DNA of 64,000 bases from Octopus sinensis. Taxonomy: Eukaryota. Below, piece by piece: positions 25,951 through 39,501 of the stretch. The notes under the pieces were generated by a model that was not told the DNA's origin, searched no databases, and was given only the letters and a program-made list of their open reading frames with translations. The stretch lies in NCBI RefSeq assembly GCF_006345805.1, contig NC_042998.1, forward strand, positions 83,700,001-83,764,000, written 5' to 3'. The stretch's first letter is position 1. Every line of letters starts with the position of its first letter. The position numbers and the translations under genes were made by a program.

Positions 25951-26892
25951 ACTCGTTTCAGTCGTTAGACTGTGGCCATGTTGTGGCACCACCTTGAAGA
26001 ATTTTGGTCAAAAGAATCCGCCCCAGTGTATATAGACAGGTAAACATATACATTATGCATACTCATGTACACATGCGTCTGTATGTGAGTTTAAATATTT
26101 ATTAAATATAGCTGTATGGTGGGAGTGGCTTTGGTATTGAACATTTTGTATCTTTTACTTGCCTAATCGAATACTTTAAATGCATTGTACAGCTTCAGTA
26201 AAACGGAATTCGCTTTTCTTTCGTTCTTTCATCTCTACATTCTTTTCTATTCTAGGCACAAGGTCAGAAATTTTGGGGGAGAGGGCCAGTCGATTAGATC
26301 GAGCCAGTACGCAACTGGTACTTAATTTATCGACCCCGAAGGGATGAAAGGCAAAGTTGACCTCGACAGAATTTGAACTCAGAACGTAAAGGCATTTATC
26401 TCTATATTAAGTCATCATGAAATTGATGTCTCTTTTTTTAATACGACTGTATCTCTAAAATATCCCGATTTGCTGTGTTCTAACACATCGAAGCATATCT
26501 TGTGTCCCGAATTAAGGTAATATAGATATATCTACTCTGTATGATATACTTTCTCTTACAGACACATTTGTCATAGGATTAATGAATTTTAAATTACATT
26601 TTGAGAAATTTGAGGAGGAAAACGTTTGTAAATAATCTGAAATGTATGATTTAAAGCACGCACGTGTGTATCCACATCTCCTCTTGTCTTCATATAATTT
26701 ATCTGCTTTACTTCACACGGCTTTGTAGACTGGCTATGTGGTAAGTAGCTTGCTTACCAACAACATTATTCCGAGTTCGGTCTCACTGCGTGGCACCTTG
26801 GGCAAGTGCCTTCTACTATTGCCTAGGGCCGACCAAAGCCTTTTGAGTGGATTTGGTTGACAGAAACTGAAAGAAGCCAGTCGTATATATAA

Positions 26893-26955
<63 letters not shown>

Positions 26956-27020
26956 ATATATATACATACATGTATGTATGTATGTATGTATGTATGTATG
27001 TATGTATGTATGTATATGTT
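23845..27020 (+). repeat. Tandem duplication, unit ~1.58 kb, breakpoints inside family-B SINEs
   Basis: gtcactcgtttcagtcgttagac at 24371 and 25948; unique sequence collinear throughout; family-B SINEs at 23660, 25141 and 26727, family-A SINEs at 24660 and 26240. Confidence 0.93.
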
Positions 27021-27589
27021 TCTGTGTCTGTGTTTGTCCCCTCAACATACGCTTGACAACCGATGCTAGTGTGTTTACGTCCCCGTAACTTAACGGTAGA
27101 ATAAGTACTAAGGCTTACAAAGAATAAGTCCTGGGGGCGATTTGGTCGACTAAAAGGCGGTGCTCCAGCATGGCCGCAGTCTCATGACTGAAACAAAAGA
27201 ATAAGAATCATTGTTATTGCATTTTAATTCATCATTCGAGTTCTTGTTGCTAAAACAGAAGCCATTACTGTTGGCGAAAGCGCATTCTGTTTGTGGTCAG
27301 GACAATCCTGGGTCTATGGGCTTTCTTGGTTGGCCCTTGTTGGAGTTTATTCTGTATCTTCATACTATCTCATACTTTGTATACTATGTATACTTTCATC
27401 TCATTTCGCACTCTCTCCCCTTGCGTTCCCCCCATCTTATATGTAACCCCCCACAGGTTGTACGCTACCCTTGTGATATCCCACTCATCTATGTCCCTGT
27501 GACAAAAAAAAAAAGAAAATATTATTACTGTTATTATTATTATTATCATTATTATTATTATTTTATTATTATTATTATTATTATTATTA

Positions 27590-27672
<83 letters not shown>

Positions 27673-27879
27673 TTATTACTATTATTATTATTATTATTAT
27701 ATTATTATTATTATTATTATCGTTGTTGTTGTTGCTGTTATTATTATCATTATTATTATATTATTGCTGAAATAATGATCATTATTATTGTTGTTGTTAT
27801 TATTATTATCATTATTATTATTGTCGTTGTTATTAATATTATCTTTATTATTGTTGTTGTTGTTCTTGTTATTATTATG

Positions 27880-27924
<45 letters not shown>

Positions 27925-29164
27925 TGTGCATTTATCCACCACCATTTCGTTCATCAAAAGGGTGTAAATGAAAATGTTCACAGAACGTGTGGGATGTACA
28001 AACAAGTTATATAAGAACAAAAGACAAAAACATTTTATGATGTATTGAGTCGATAAATGAATACAAATAAAAAATAAACTTAGACAAAATAATACATATA
28101 TTAGATTGATGCGCATGCACGCTCGCCCACGCAAATATATGAGTACATATAAATAAAATGCAGATAGAAACAAATACTAACAATCCACCTACACATAGGT
28201 GAGACGCTACCGTTTAGCTAAGATCATAACCAAAGAATATCCATCCAACCAGACATTGTTTCTTGTTACTTCTGCGTTCACAACCCAACCATATTTTGGT
28301 GCAAAATTAATGACGAACAAAAAATTATTGCCTGTACTAATATCTCCGGTTGTAACGCTTGTTTTTCACCATCTCATATTTACACCGGCCTTTAAGCATG
28401 GGTGTAGTGCACTGAATCGGTCTGTTACCTGGTTTCGTTTCGTACTCCGACTTAAAAACCAGAAATAACTCCCATCTCTTCTAAATCAGTCGGTGAAATC
28501 AAATCGTTCCACACAGAACCAGGGATTCTTTTAACTTTTCTTTCGAATGCACACTGAAGTCTCCTCCTTTTTGAATAAGACAGACTTGTGTTACCTTTAA
28601 GCGTATTCGTTCCTCTATCCATTTCCCTAATAAGAAAGTTCTTTCGCGAATAACACATTATCGACATGTCTTCATTTTTCTCCTGGATCCAACCTTTTTT
28701 TTTATTTTTGAAAAATTCTTTGTGACTCACTACACTTGCAAAACAGCTATTACCCTGAAAGACGCTTGTTATTTCTTACATTTATCAAAGTTTATTCAAT
28801 TTCTTTTTCTGTTTTTTTTCTCAATCTATCAAACATTTTTTAAAGTAGTATACATGCTGTTACTGTTTTGTGGAATTTGTTACGTATCACTACTTCAATG
28901 GATGCCATATTCACGGATATTTTTTGCAGCTGACTAATAACAAAAAATAAATAAATACATAAAATTTTTTTTTTCTTCTCACATGGGAAGCAAAACAAAA
29001 ATTACTTCTTACCGCTTTGTATAACAGGTCCACACAAACTTGATACAAGATGAACCGTCTAATTTAAAAAGTAATACGACTTTTTCTGAAACACACGAAT
29101 CTACAAAATCCACGCCCGCCCATCTTGGAACATATCAACAACAATCAAACTTTACCAACATCAA

Positions 29165-29238
29165 CAGTAGTAGTAGTGGTGGTGGTGGTGGTGGTGGTAG
29201 TAGTAGTGGTAGTGGTAGTGGTGGTGGTGGTGGTGGTG

Positions 29239-29283
<45 letters not shown>

Positions 29284-29300
29284 TAGTAGTTGTAGTAGTA
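29165..29300. repeat. (AGT/GGT)n microsatellite
   Basis: Seen directly; explains the Gly/Ser ORF 29040-29327. Confidence 0.95.
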
Positions 29301-29337
29301 GAAGTTGTAGACACTAAGACACACTGATATATATATG

Positions 29338-29552
29338 CCTGACAGGCTTATGTGGATGTGGGTGTCTTCAAAACAAACCTGGATCTCCTATTGTCAAGAG
29401 TTCGAGACGAGCCTACCTCACGGCAGGAAATACAGATGAGGGCAGCAGCATCAAACTCACTGATTCACCAAATGCCACATAGAGAGGTTTCAAATAAGGA
29501 TTTAGCACAGTCACGGTGTGCCCAGCATGACCGCAGCTTTGAAGCTGAAACA
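29338..29552 (+). pseudogene. CR1/L2-group LINE 3' end
   Basis: VDVGVFKTNLDLLLSRVRDEP...RAAASNSLIHQ matches the FKxxLDxxLxxVPDEP...SNSL terminus typical of invertebrate CR1-type ORF2; followed by a short 3' UTR and a microsatellite. Confidence 0.7.
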
Positions 29553-29571
29553 ACACACACACACATATATG

Positions 29572-29629
<58 letters not shown>

Positions 29630-29684
29630 ACACACACACACACACACCACACACACACACACACACAATATATATACATACAAT

Positions 29685-29745
<61 letters not shown>

Positions 29746-30140
29746 ATATATATTATATATTATATATTTCAACAACATTGAGGAACGGCCCCCATAGGCC
29801 ATTCGTCCCACTAGAAAGAGTAGCCAAGACTCAAACCGCTAAATAGTAGTACTTCAGAAATTAAAGACAATAAAAAAAAAAACATTTACCCTATTTATCT
29901 TTAAACAATGCATTGTTTCGACGTTCTTTATGGCAAACCAGCCTAATTAAATAAAATTTAATTTAATCAAGTCAATCTCATCGGTAAAGAAGCAAGGAGG
30001 AATAGATATACACGAGGCAGTAGCATTAGTGCCTCGGGAATATATACCCTAAATTTTCAAAACCACTGTAATCGCGCCAACTTATCAGCAGCAAATATAA
30101 ACTGCTGATTCAATTTCAGAATTAGTCAGAAGATCATTAA

Positions 30141-30202
30141 TTAATCAATATAAGGGTAGTAAAAAATTCTATTGAATTTTTTACTACCCTTATATTGATT
30201 AA
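30141..30202. repeat. Perfect 29 bp-arm palindrome adjoining (TA)n
   Basis: ttaatcaatataagggtagtaaaaaattc-tatt-gaattttttactacccttatattgattaa. Confidence 0.95.
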
Positions 30203-30262
30203 CATAATATATATTATATATATAATATATATATTATATATATATATATAATATACACAAAC

Positions 30263-30293
<31 letters not shown>

Positions 30294-30552
30294 CTATATA
30301 TAGATATATATATGTATATATATGTATATATATATGTATGTATATATGTATATGGATATATTATATATATATACATATATTTCTGTGTAGGCGTGCACAC
30401 AGCACAACCTACACAGAAATCAATAAATTTTTAATATCCTCACGTCAGGCCGATAAAAAATGAATATTGGATATTAACAGAGTTGAATACACGGACTTGG
30501 ATTCCCGTAATCAAAATAGAAACTAGATTGATATTAAATAATTTATATATAT

Positions 30553-30591
<39 letters not shown>

Positions 30592-30898
30592 TATACATAT
30601 ATATATGTATATATGTATATATATAATGAAATGAAAATTGGCAAGTTTAAATAGCATTTTCTTATAATGTATTAATCTATTTTAGTATATGTCAATGGAA
30701 GAAGATATAGACTTCGAAAAAAATCTTAATCTTTGGCAACTCAAATTAGTACGCATATATAAAATAACACATCGATAGAGAGATAAAAAGGAAGATGTAT
30801 CGATATACACACATACATATTTGTGTGTGTATGTATCTATGTGTGTGTGAATCTGCGTGTTCGTGTATGTATAGTATGTGTCTGCATTTTTCTGCCTG

Positions 30899-30988
<90 letters not shown>

Positions 30989-31169
30989 CATATATATATA
31001 TATATATATATTTGCATTCCTATATATATATATATCTATATATATATATATAATATATATAGATATATATATATATATAAGTTGAAATTTACAGAAAATC
31101 AAAAGATGAAGGCAGGTGTATAAACAACAAGCAGGTGTATTAGCTTGACACTCGGGAAAGTGAGAAAGT

Positions 31170-31205
31170 CTTTTACGTTTCGAGCCTACGCTCTTCAACA
31201 GAAAG
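31170..31205 (-). ncRNA. Hammerhead-like motif (CUGUUGA variant) within a pLTR-like fragment 31080-31270
   Basis: Minus: cuuu-CUGUUGA-a-gagc(guag)gcuc-GAAA-cgu-A-aaag; stems intact, A6 replaced by U. Confidence 0.6.
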
Positions 31206-31418
31206 GATCACGTGGAAATAAACAGAGAGAGAATTTTAAAAACTTGTGGATTTAGCAATCAATTATGGCGACTCACAAACACACACACACATATATATAT
31301 ATGTATACACACACACAACATACACACAACACACACAGATATGTATACAGGGAAATATACACATATACATATGCACATGTGTATATATGCATCCATGCAT
31401 ATATACATACATATATAT

Positions 31419-31465
<47 letters not shown>

Positions 31466-31619
31466 AACATATATATGTATATATATATACGCACATACAT
31501 ATACATACATACATACATATATGCACACATACATATATGCATACATGCATATATATATATATATATATATCCAGTTTACGTCATGATGATGGTGATGATC
31601 AAAATTGTCATTATTTGAG

Positions 31620-31800
31620 GACGCATGTCCTAGTGGTTAGGGTGTTGCACTCATGATCGCGAGATCATGGTTTCAATTTCTAGACCGGGTGGTGCATTGT
31701 GTTCTTGAGCAAAACACTTCATCTCACGTTAGTCTGCGATCACTTCCACACTTGATGTGTGCTACACCGTGTACCTGTACAGGCAACGTTGATTTGATGG
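31620..31800 (+). mobile_element. Family-C SINE, truncated by the Penelope fragment
   Basis: ctagtggttagggtgttgcactc...ggtttcaatttc...gtgttcttgagcaaaacacttcat. Confidence 0.75.
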
Positions 31801-31807
31801 CGGTACC

Positions 31808-32540
31808 TTGAAAAACAGCCGCAAGCGAGGTAAGCTCTTGTCATTGAGTAACAAAATGAATCAAGCCAATTCCATCAGGAATCATAAAAGAAATGCTATG
31901 ATTTATATGGAAGGTGGGACGTGTAAAGATTCCCATTTGGTGTATGCAGCAGAATGCACGAAGCGCAACTTGATTTATGTTGGGTGTACAACAGAACAAT
32001 TAAACAAAAGATTTAATGGGAACAGATATAACGTCAGGCACAATAACAATAGTTCGACGAAACTTGCCAAACATTTTGCATCAAACAGCTGCAGTTTTGT
32101 AAAAGACTTGAAAGTGCATATTCTCAGAAAACATTCTGAATCTGCTACACTTTCAATGCTCAAAATGCATGAGGAGAAATATGATTGTGAATTATTAACA
32201 TCACGCCCTGAAGGAATGAATAAAATGACAGGGGAATTCCATATTTACGCAAAACTGTTTGACTATGTATTCGTTTTCTTTTTCCTTTTTCTTTTTTTTT
32301 TTTTCTTTTCTTTTTGCTCCACTTGTAAAATTGAAACTGGAAGACTGATGATGTAATTCTGTCAAAATGGGAACGCCGCTTGCCCTCGTTCAAAATGGTT
32401 TGAATTGGAATTTCTATAATTTTGAATTTCTATGTACCACTTTCATTCTGAACTCAACAAAGGCAGGCAAGCTGTCGAAATATTGTTCAAACCAATAAAA
32501 TATTTATTGCAATTGCATCGCACTCTTCGTATAGTCTAAT
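31808..32540 (+). mobile_element. Penelope-like (Neptune-type) 3' fragment: GIY-YIG endonuclease plus pLTR-like tail
   Basis: TCKDSHLVYAAEC...IYVGCTTEQLNKRFNG...LAKHF...EEKY...PEGMN in ORF 31808-32356; degenerate hammerhead-like motif at 32449-32489; aataaa; ends in (AAC/AAT)n. Confidence 0.85.
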
Positions 32541-32637
32541 AACAACAACAACAATAACAACAACAACAATAATAACAACAACAACAATAATAACAACAAC
32601 AGCAACAACAACAACAACAACAACAACAATAATAATA

Positions 32638-32672
<35 letters not shown>

Positions 32673-32899
32673 CATAATAATAATAATAATAACAATAATC
32701 CTTCCTATTATAGGTTCAAGGCCTGAATTTTTGTGGAGGGGGATAGTCGATTACATCAACCCCAGTGTTCAACTGGTACTTAATCTATCAATCCCGAAAT
32801 CGTTTGCATTAAGAAAGACATTATGCATAGTACAGGACAAAACAAAGAATGTATGAGTGTATGCGTATGAGTGTTTGTTGTTGTGAGGATTTTTCATGT

Positions 32900-33600
32900 A
32901 ACTTACATGGAAAAATGGAAAAATTTTAACAATATATAATTCTCAATAGGGAGGAGACGTCTGAGGGCTGCTCGTGGAAAAGTGCCTTAAAACCACGAGT
33001 GCCCTGACTTCTGGGGTAGGTGCCTTTTCTCATTTCCACTTCCCCAATTAGAGGTGTATGCTCAGGACAGGCCCGTTCACTTGCACCATTCTCTCCACTT
33101 TCATCCATCTTTCAGCAAACTGGCTGGAAGGCAACATTTCTCCTCTACTCTTATTTTCCTCTTCAAGTTTCACTTGAAGAGGTTGACCAGGGATTGGCCA
33201 AAGAGAAAAGTGTTTGTCTTCAGCCCTTTTAGTCTCGTCCACCATACAAAACTTTCACAACGGTCACCAGGCATATAAAGAAAGCCTGCCCTTCCTGATT
33301 AAAGGAAGGCGGCGGGGCGATCTTCACGATGGATTCAGTTGACGGCCGGATCCGTCCCACAAGCGACAGCAGGTGTTCGACATAAACCCATAGGTCAACA
33401 ATGTTAGGACACTGGACGAGTGCATGCAGGACGGTTTCGTTGTCCTGTGCGCATCATGGACATGCTCGGCTGACGGCATTTCCGTACCTGTATAGTTTAT
33501 TTCAAACAGGCAAAGCATTGCCAGTTCTTCGTAAGGGAGCAGCTAAATGATCTTTAACGCCCAAGATCTCTCCAAGAATAGCGTCGCACTTTCCCACGTC
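32900..33600 (-). pseudogene. Tx1/L1-clade LINE ORF2 C-terminus and 3' UTR
   Basis: ALPV*NKLYRYGNAVSRACP*CAQDNETVLHALVQCP...VEHLLSLVGRIRPSTESIVKIAP (CCHC knuckle). Confidence 0.8.
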
Positions 33601-33614
33601 TTTCTATCCTTTAT

Positions 33615-33806
33615 AGGCGCAGGAGTGGCTGTGTGGTAAGTAGCTTGCTTACCAACCACATGGTTCCGGGTTCAGTCCCACTGCGTGGCACCTTGGACAA
33701 GTGTCTTCTACTATAGCCTCAGGCCGACTAGAGCCTTGTGAGTGGATTTGGTAGACGGAAACTGAAAAGAAGCCTGTCGTATATATGTATATTATATATA
33801 TATATG

Positions 33807-33847
<41 letters not shown>

Positions 33848-33945
33848 TAATATATATATATATATATATATACATACATATATATATATATAATGTGTGT
33901 GTTATATATATATATATATGTATCTATACACACACACACACACAC

Positions 33946-33991
<46 letters not shown>

Positions 33992-34215
33992 ATACGTTGT
34001 GTGTATATGCTTGTGTGTCTGTGTTTGTCAACCAACATCATTTGACAACCGATGCTGGTGTTTACGTCCCCGTAACTTAGTGGTTCGGCAAAAGAGACCG
34101 ATAGAATAAGTACTAGGCTTACAAACAATAAGTCCTGGGGTCGATTTGCTCGACTAAAAGCGGTGCTCCAGCATGGCCACAGTCAAATGACTGAAACAAG
34201 TGAAAGAGTAAAAGA
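33615..34215 (+). mobile_element. Full-length family-B SINE with ~240 bp internal microsatellite
   Basis: ggcgcaggagtggctgtgtggtaag...gggttcagtccc...gtggcaccttggacaagtg...gcggtgctccagcatggcc. Confidence 0.92.
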
Positions 34216-34533
34216 GTAAAAGAATAATAATTATAATTATAATAACAATATGGGCGTGGTTCAACAGATTTATGGGGAAAGGCAATTAGAAATTCTGACG
34301 GCCATACATTCCATAATGGCAATAAAGATTTCATTCAAAATATGGACATAGTTTTTGCCAAATAAATAACAATAAATAAATCTAATGAGAAACGAAAAAC
34401 AACGGAAGTTTATGATAATAAATCTAGTTGAGAATATCTCGTGACACCAAATACCACATTCATTAGATGTCATGTCAAAAACAGTGTCATAAAGTTACTA
34501 AGCTATTTAGTTGAATGCAAAATACCGAGAAAG

Positions 34534-34633
34534 NNNNNNNNNNNNNNNNNNNNNNNNNNNNNNNNNNNNNNNNNNNNNNNNNNNNNNNNNNNNNNNNNNN
34601 NNNNNNNNNNNNNNNNNNNNNNNNNNNNNNNNN
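34534..34633. other. Assembly gap (100 N)
   Basis: Run of n. Confidence 1.
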
Positions 34634-34949
34634 TATATATATATAATATATATCTATATATGTCTATATTATATATTGTATATATATATATGTATATATA
34701 TAGATATATAATAATATATATATATGTATGAGTATGTGTATATATGTGAGATAATGTTTCACTTAAATAGTTTCAGTATCAAAGTGAAACTATTAAAGGG
34801 AAAGTATCTGACATTACAACAGGTTATTATTTCACTTTTGACACGTAATACTGAAATAGTGGAGAAGATATGATATTGCTCTGGGCTCGCAGTAGGCAAG
34901 AAGTTAAAATTTGGGGGGCCTATGACACTACAGGGACCCTAAGTAAGGC

Positions 34950-35042
34950 ATGTGCAAAATTTGAATGAAATTGGTTGTGTAGGTCTCAAGTTTTACGGAT
35001 TCACACAGACACACAGACACACAGACAAACACATATCATCTT

Positions 35043-35070
<28 letters not shown>
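34950..35070 (-). mobile_element. Helitron/HINE-like 5' segment
   Basis: Minus: tatatataaagatg-(tgtc)n-like...aaaacttgagacctacacaaccaatttcattcaaatttt, a common layout for non-autonomous Helitron 5' ends; no 3' CTAG end found. Confidence 0.4.
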
Positions 35071-35074
<4 letters not shown>

Positions 35075-35104
35075 AACACAAGGACATATATATGTATATA
35101 CATT

Positions 35105-35512
35105 TATCTTTTATATTTTGCTTGTTTCGTTTATTAGATTGAGGCCATACTGGAACACCGTCTTTAGTCGAACACATCGACCCCAGGACTTATTCTTTGT
35201 AAGCCTAGTACATATTCTATCGGGTTCTTTTGCCGAACCGCTAAGTTAAGTGGACGCAGACACGCCACTATCCGTTGCCAAGCGATTGTGGGGGACAAAC
35301 AGAGACACATAAATATATACACACACATACACACACGCACACAAACACACAAACACACACACTCATATACATTTGACGGGCTTCTTTGAGTTTCCGTCTA
35401 CCAAATCCAGTCGCAAGGCTTAGGTCAGCTCGAGGCTATAGTAGAAGACATTTACCCAAGGTGCCATGCAGTGGTCAGCAAGCTTCTTACTACACAGCCA
35501 TTCCTACGCCTA
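35105..35512 (-). mobile_element. Family-B SINE
   Basis: Reverse complement of the family-B body with internal (CA)n. Confidence 0.85.
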
Positions 35513-35560
35513 TGAATATATATATATATATATATATATATAGATTAGATAGATAGATAT

Positions 35561-35616
<56 letters not shown>

Positions 35617-36766
35617 CACACACACATACATAAATCTATATGCATGCAACGCACACAGACAGGCTCAAACAGACTCATGCACATATACACACGTACACAC
35701 ATATAAAATAAGATATAAATATGAAAATGAAATGAAAATACAGAAGTAAAGAAAAATAAGTAGATATATCATGTCGGCCATGCAAAGAACAGATCAAATT
35801 TGTACACCATGCTCGCGCGCGCACACACGTATATACACATACACTTTCACATACAAGCATACGTTTATATATGTATATATGTATGTATGCATATATATGT
35901 TAGTGTGTTTGTGTATATGTGTTTGTGTGTAAGTACGTGTGTATGTGTGAGAGCATTGAAAGTAACAGCAAATGTAGTGTAGCTTTTAGATATCTTCCGT
36001 CCATCTTAAATGTAAAACTCTTACAAAAGCAAACCAATGTACGTTACTGTTAATAGAAATTGGACGTTAATTGGTTTTCTCTGCTGATGCTTTTATTGTC
36101 TTTATATTTGTTTTTGTTGCTCTTTAGCCCCAGGACAGCTCTGGTTCAGGAGCAAACTGGTAATTGCAGACGATCAAGTCACGACCATGACGTCTTTTGT
36201 GTTCGTCGATCGTTTGTGACGTGAGGGAGATTTACCAGATATTTTAGCTGGTCTCGGGACAGCGTAGAGCGTCTCTACTTGTCAGATGGTAATCGTTATG
36301 CCTGTTGGTGTTTAATCCAGGGTCAGTCTCACTGAGCAGACCAACGATGGAAAGCTTCCCATCCCTGATCTTGCATCTTTGTTTTTTTGCGTGTATGTTG
36401 GATTGTTGGTATGTCTGTGGAATAGTAATACAATATATCCTTTTGATATATACATGCTACATTGATGATGAGGAGGAGGAGAGGGAGAAGGGGAGGAGAG
36501 GGAGGAGGAGATTGAGGAAGAGGATGAGGACGAGGAGGATGAGGACGAGGAGGATGAGGATGAAGATGAGGAGGTAGAAGACGTCGACGACAACGACGCG
36601 ACGAGGACAGTCATTTAACGCTAATTTTCACTTTTAAATTACTTTCCTTCAAGAAAGCATAGAAGCTAAGAAATTCACATTTTCTTCATTAATACATACA
36701 TACATACACACACACACATATATATAAATGTATATGTATATGTACATATATATATACATCTATATG

Positions 36767-36797
<31 letters not shown>

Positions 36798-37083
36798 ATG
36801 TATATATATTTATACATCTATATATATATTTATATATATTTATATATATATATATGTATATATGTTTATACGTATATGTATATATGTGTGTGTGTGTATA
36901 TGAAAGTATACGAATACGTACACGTACACACATATATATATATATATGCACACACACTTACAGACAGACACACACACGCATATACACACACATATGATTA
37001 ATGATTGTTGGTGCTGTTTTCTCTTGCTTTTCTCCCCTCTGCTACTATAATTACGCCTATTATTGTTGTTGTTTTTGTCGTTG

Positions 37084-37136
<53 letters not shown>

Positions 37137-37292
37137 GAGTGGGAGAGCAGCGCATGCCATCAAAATGACGTTATTATTATTATTTGCTCTTAAAAATCCG
37201 ACTCTGATACGATGCCATGTTCAATAGCCAATTAGCGAAGGATCAAGTAATTCTCAATGCGTCGCACTTGAAAGACACCAGCACGTACACAC

Positions 37293-37345
<53 letters not shown>

Positions 37346-38837
37346 CACATACACACATACACGCACAAACGTATGTATACATACATGAAAGAAAGAATGA
37401 CTTGAAAGTGATAGCAGAAGTATTTTTTACCTTTTCCCCTATTGATTTTTTTTACTCCGGATATTGACCTGTAAATATTAATAGCACAGGACGCATAATA
37501 GAAACAAAAGAATGGAAAAAGCGAACGAAGCAACTTCTGTAAATATTGATTTGTATGATGCCAGTTTATATTCTTGCTAATGGTTCCGCCGTTGGATTTG
37601 GAAGAAAACTTCGTTTAAGGTAGAGTATTCATATGTGTTTATCAACCATGTGTATCGTTTTCTGTTTTGATATGTCTGTCAAAATTATGGCGGCTGAATC
37701 ATCAGTATGCCGGGCAAAAATGCTTAGCAGCATTTCGTCCGTCTTTACGCCACGAGTTCAAATTCCGCCGAGGTCGACTTGCCTTTCATTCTTTCGGGTC
37801 GATGAAATAAATTCCAATTGAATACTAGGGTCAATGTAATCGACTAACCCATCTCCTGAAATTGCTGGCCTTATTTCAAAATTTGAAACTAATATATCTG
37901 TCAAATGGTTAATATATTTATTAGAATATAAGGATATATATGGCTGCAAGTATGGCTGTACGGTTAAGAAGCTCGCAACCACCTTGCATGGCTTTGTGTT
38001 CACTCCCACAGTGCAGCGCCTTGGACAAGTGTCTTATACAATGGATTGCAAATAGATTTGGTAAACAGAAACTATGCTTGTGTGTGTGTATATAAGTGTG
38101 TGCGTGAGTGTGTATGGTGTGTGTGTGTGATTTAAGTTTATTTGTACCATACTACTAATTGACAGTCGGTGCTGGTTTGTTTATGTCTTCGTAACTGAGC
38201 GGTTCGGCAACTGTGACAAATACTATACTTAATATTAAGTACTAGTGTCAATTTGTTCGTCAAAACCAAAGGTTCTGAAAGGTGGCCATGTGGCCTCTCG
38301 GGGAGTGGAGCAAGTATTTGGAATTCGAGGGGGGCGTTTTGGAGCAAAGGGGCTCTCTTGTACCAAAGAGCACTCTTTCGATAGACATGTTGATCTCATA
38401 AGTGTCACGTGATGGAAATAAACGCAATTACCAAACTTTCAATTCATAGTTTCGTTTTTGTTTTGCATTTCAATTTGTACATCTATATTCCCAACAGCCT
38501 ACAAGCCAATATGTAAAACGACGTCCTTTATTTTTTTAATCATCTGCTGATATCAAAATAAGTAGGATATTGAAAAATAAAACTATTTTCGGTGGAGTGG
38601 TGGAATTTGTGACTCAAAGGGTCAAAAAGGGGCCTTTGGCCAAAATGGGTTGAGAACTTTTGGTCTAATCCCTTCAAGGCGGTGCGTCAGCATGGTCGCA
38701 ATTTCATGAGTGAAACAAGCAAAAGATAAAAAAATAAAGTGTTAGATACTTTATATAATTTATCAGTCAAAAGATACTAGTCAAGATAGTGTGTGGCAAA
38801 CTGAAAATGAAATCCATCAATTGCATTTAATGTTAGA

Positions 38838-39040
38838 GAAACGTTAGCATGCCGGGCGAAATACTTAGCATTATTTTGCCTGTCTTTACGTTCTGAGTTC
38901 AAATTCCGCCGAGGTCGACTTTGCGTTTTATCCTTTCGGGGTCGATAAATTAAATACCAGTTGCGTTTTGGGGTCGATCTAATCGACTGGACTCCCACCT
39001 CCCCCAAAATTTCGGGCCTTGTGCCTAGAGTAGAAAAGAA
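38838..39040 (+). mobile_element. Family-A SINE, tail A, TSD aatgttagaga
   Basis: Core intact; flanking direct repeat at about 38829 and 39039. Confidence 0.88.
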
Positions 39041-39099
39041 TGTTAGAGAGTAGTGTGAAGATTTCGTCCTGTAAACGTTGAAGTAAAATTAATGTTTAT

Positions 39100-39501
39100 T
39101 CTTTTACTTTTTCATTTGCTTCAGTCTTGGCTGCGGCCATGCTAGAGCACCGCATTTAGTCTAATAAATTGACCCCATGACTTATTCTTTGTAAGCCAAG
39201 TACCTATTCTATCGGTGTCTTTTGCCCAACCACTAAGTTACAGGGACGTAAACACACCAGCATCGGTTGTCATGCGATGTTGGTGGGGGACGAGCACAGA
39301 CACACAAACATACACACACGCACACACACACACATTTATATACAACGGGCTTCTTTCAGTTTCTGTCTATCAAATCCACTCACAAAACTTTGGTCGGCCC
39401 GAGGCTATAGTAGAACACACTCGCCCAAGATATCTCAGAGTGGGACTGAACCCGGGACTATGTGGTTAGTAAGCAAGGTACTTACCACACAGCCACTCCT
39501 G
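39100..39501 (-). mobile_element. Family-B SINE
   Basis: Full reverse-complement copy ending cacacagccactcctg. Confidence 0.88.
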
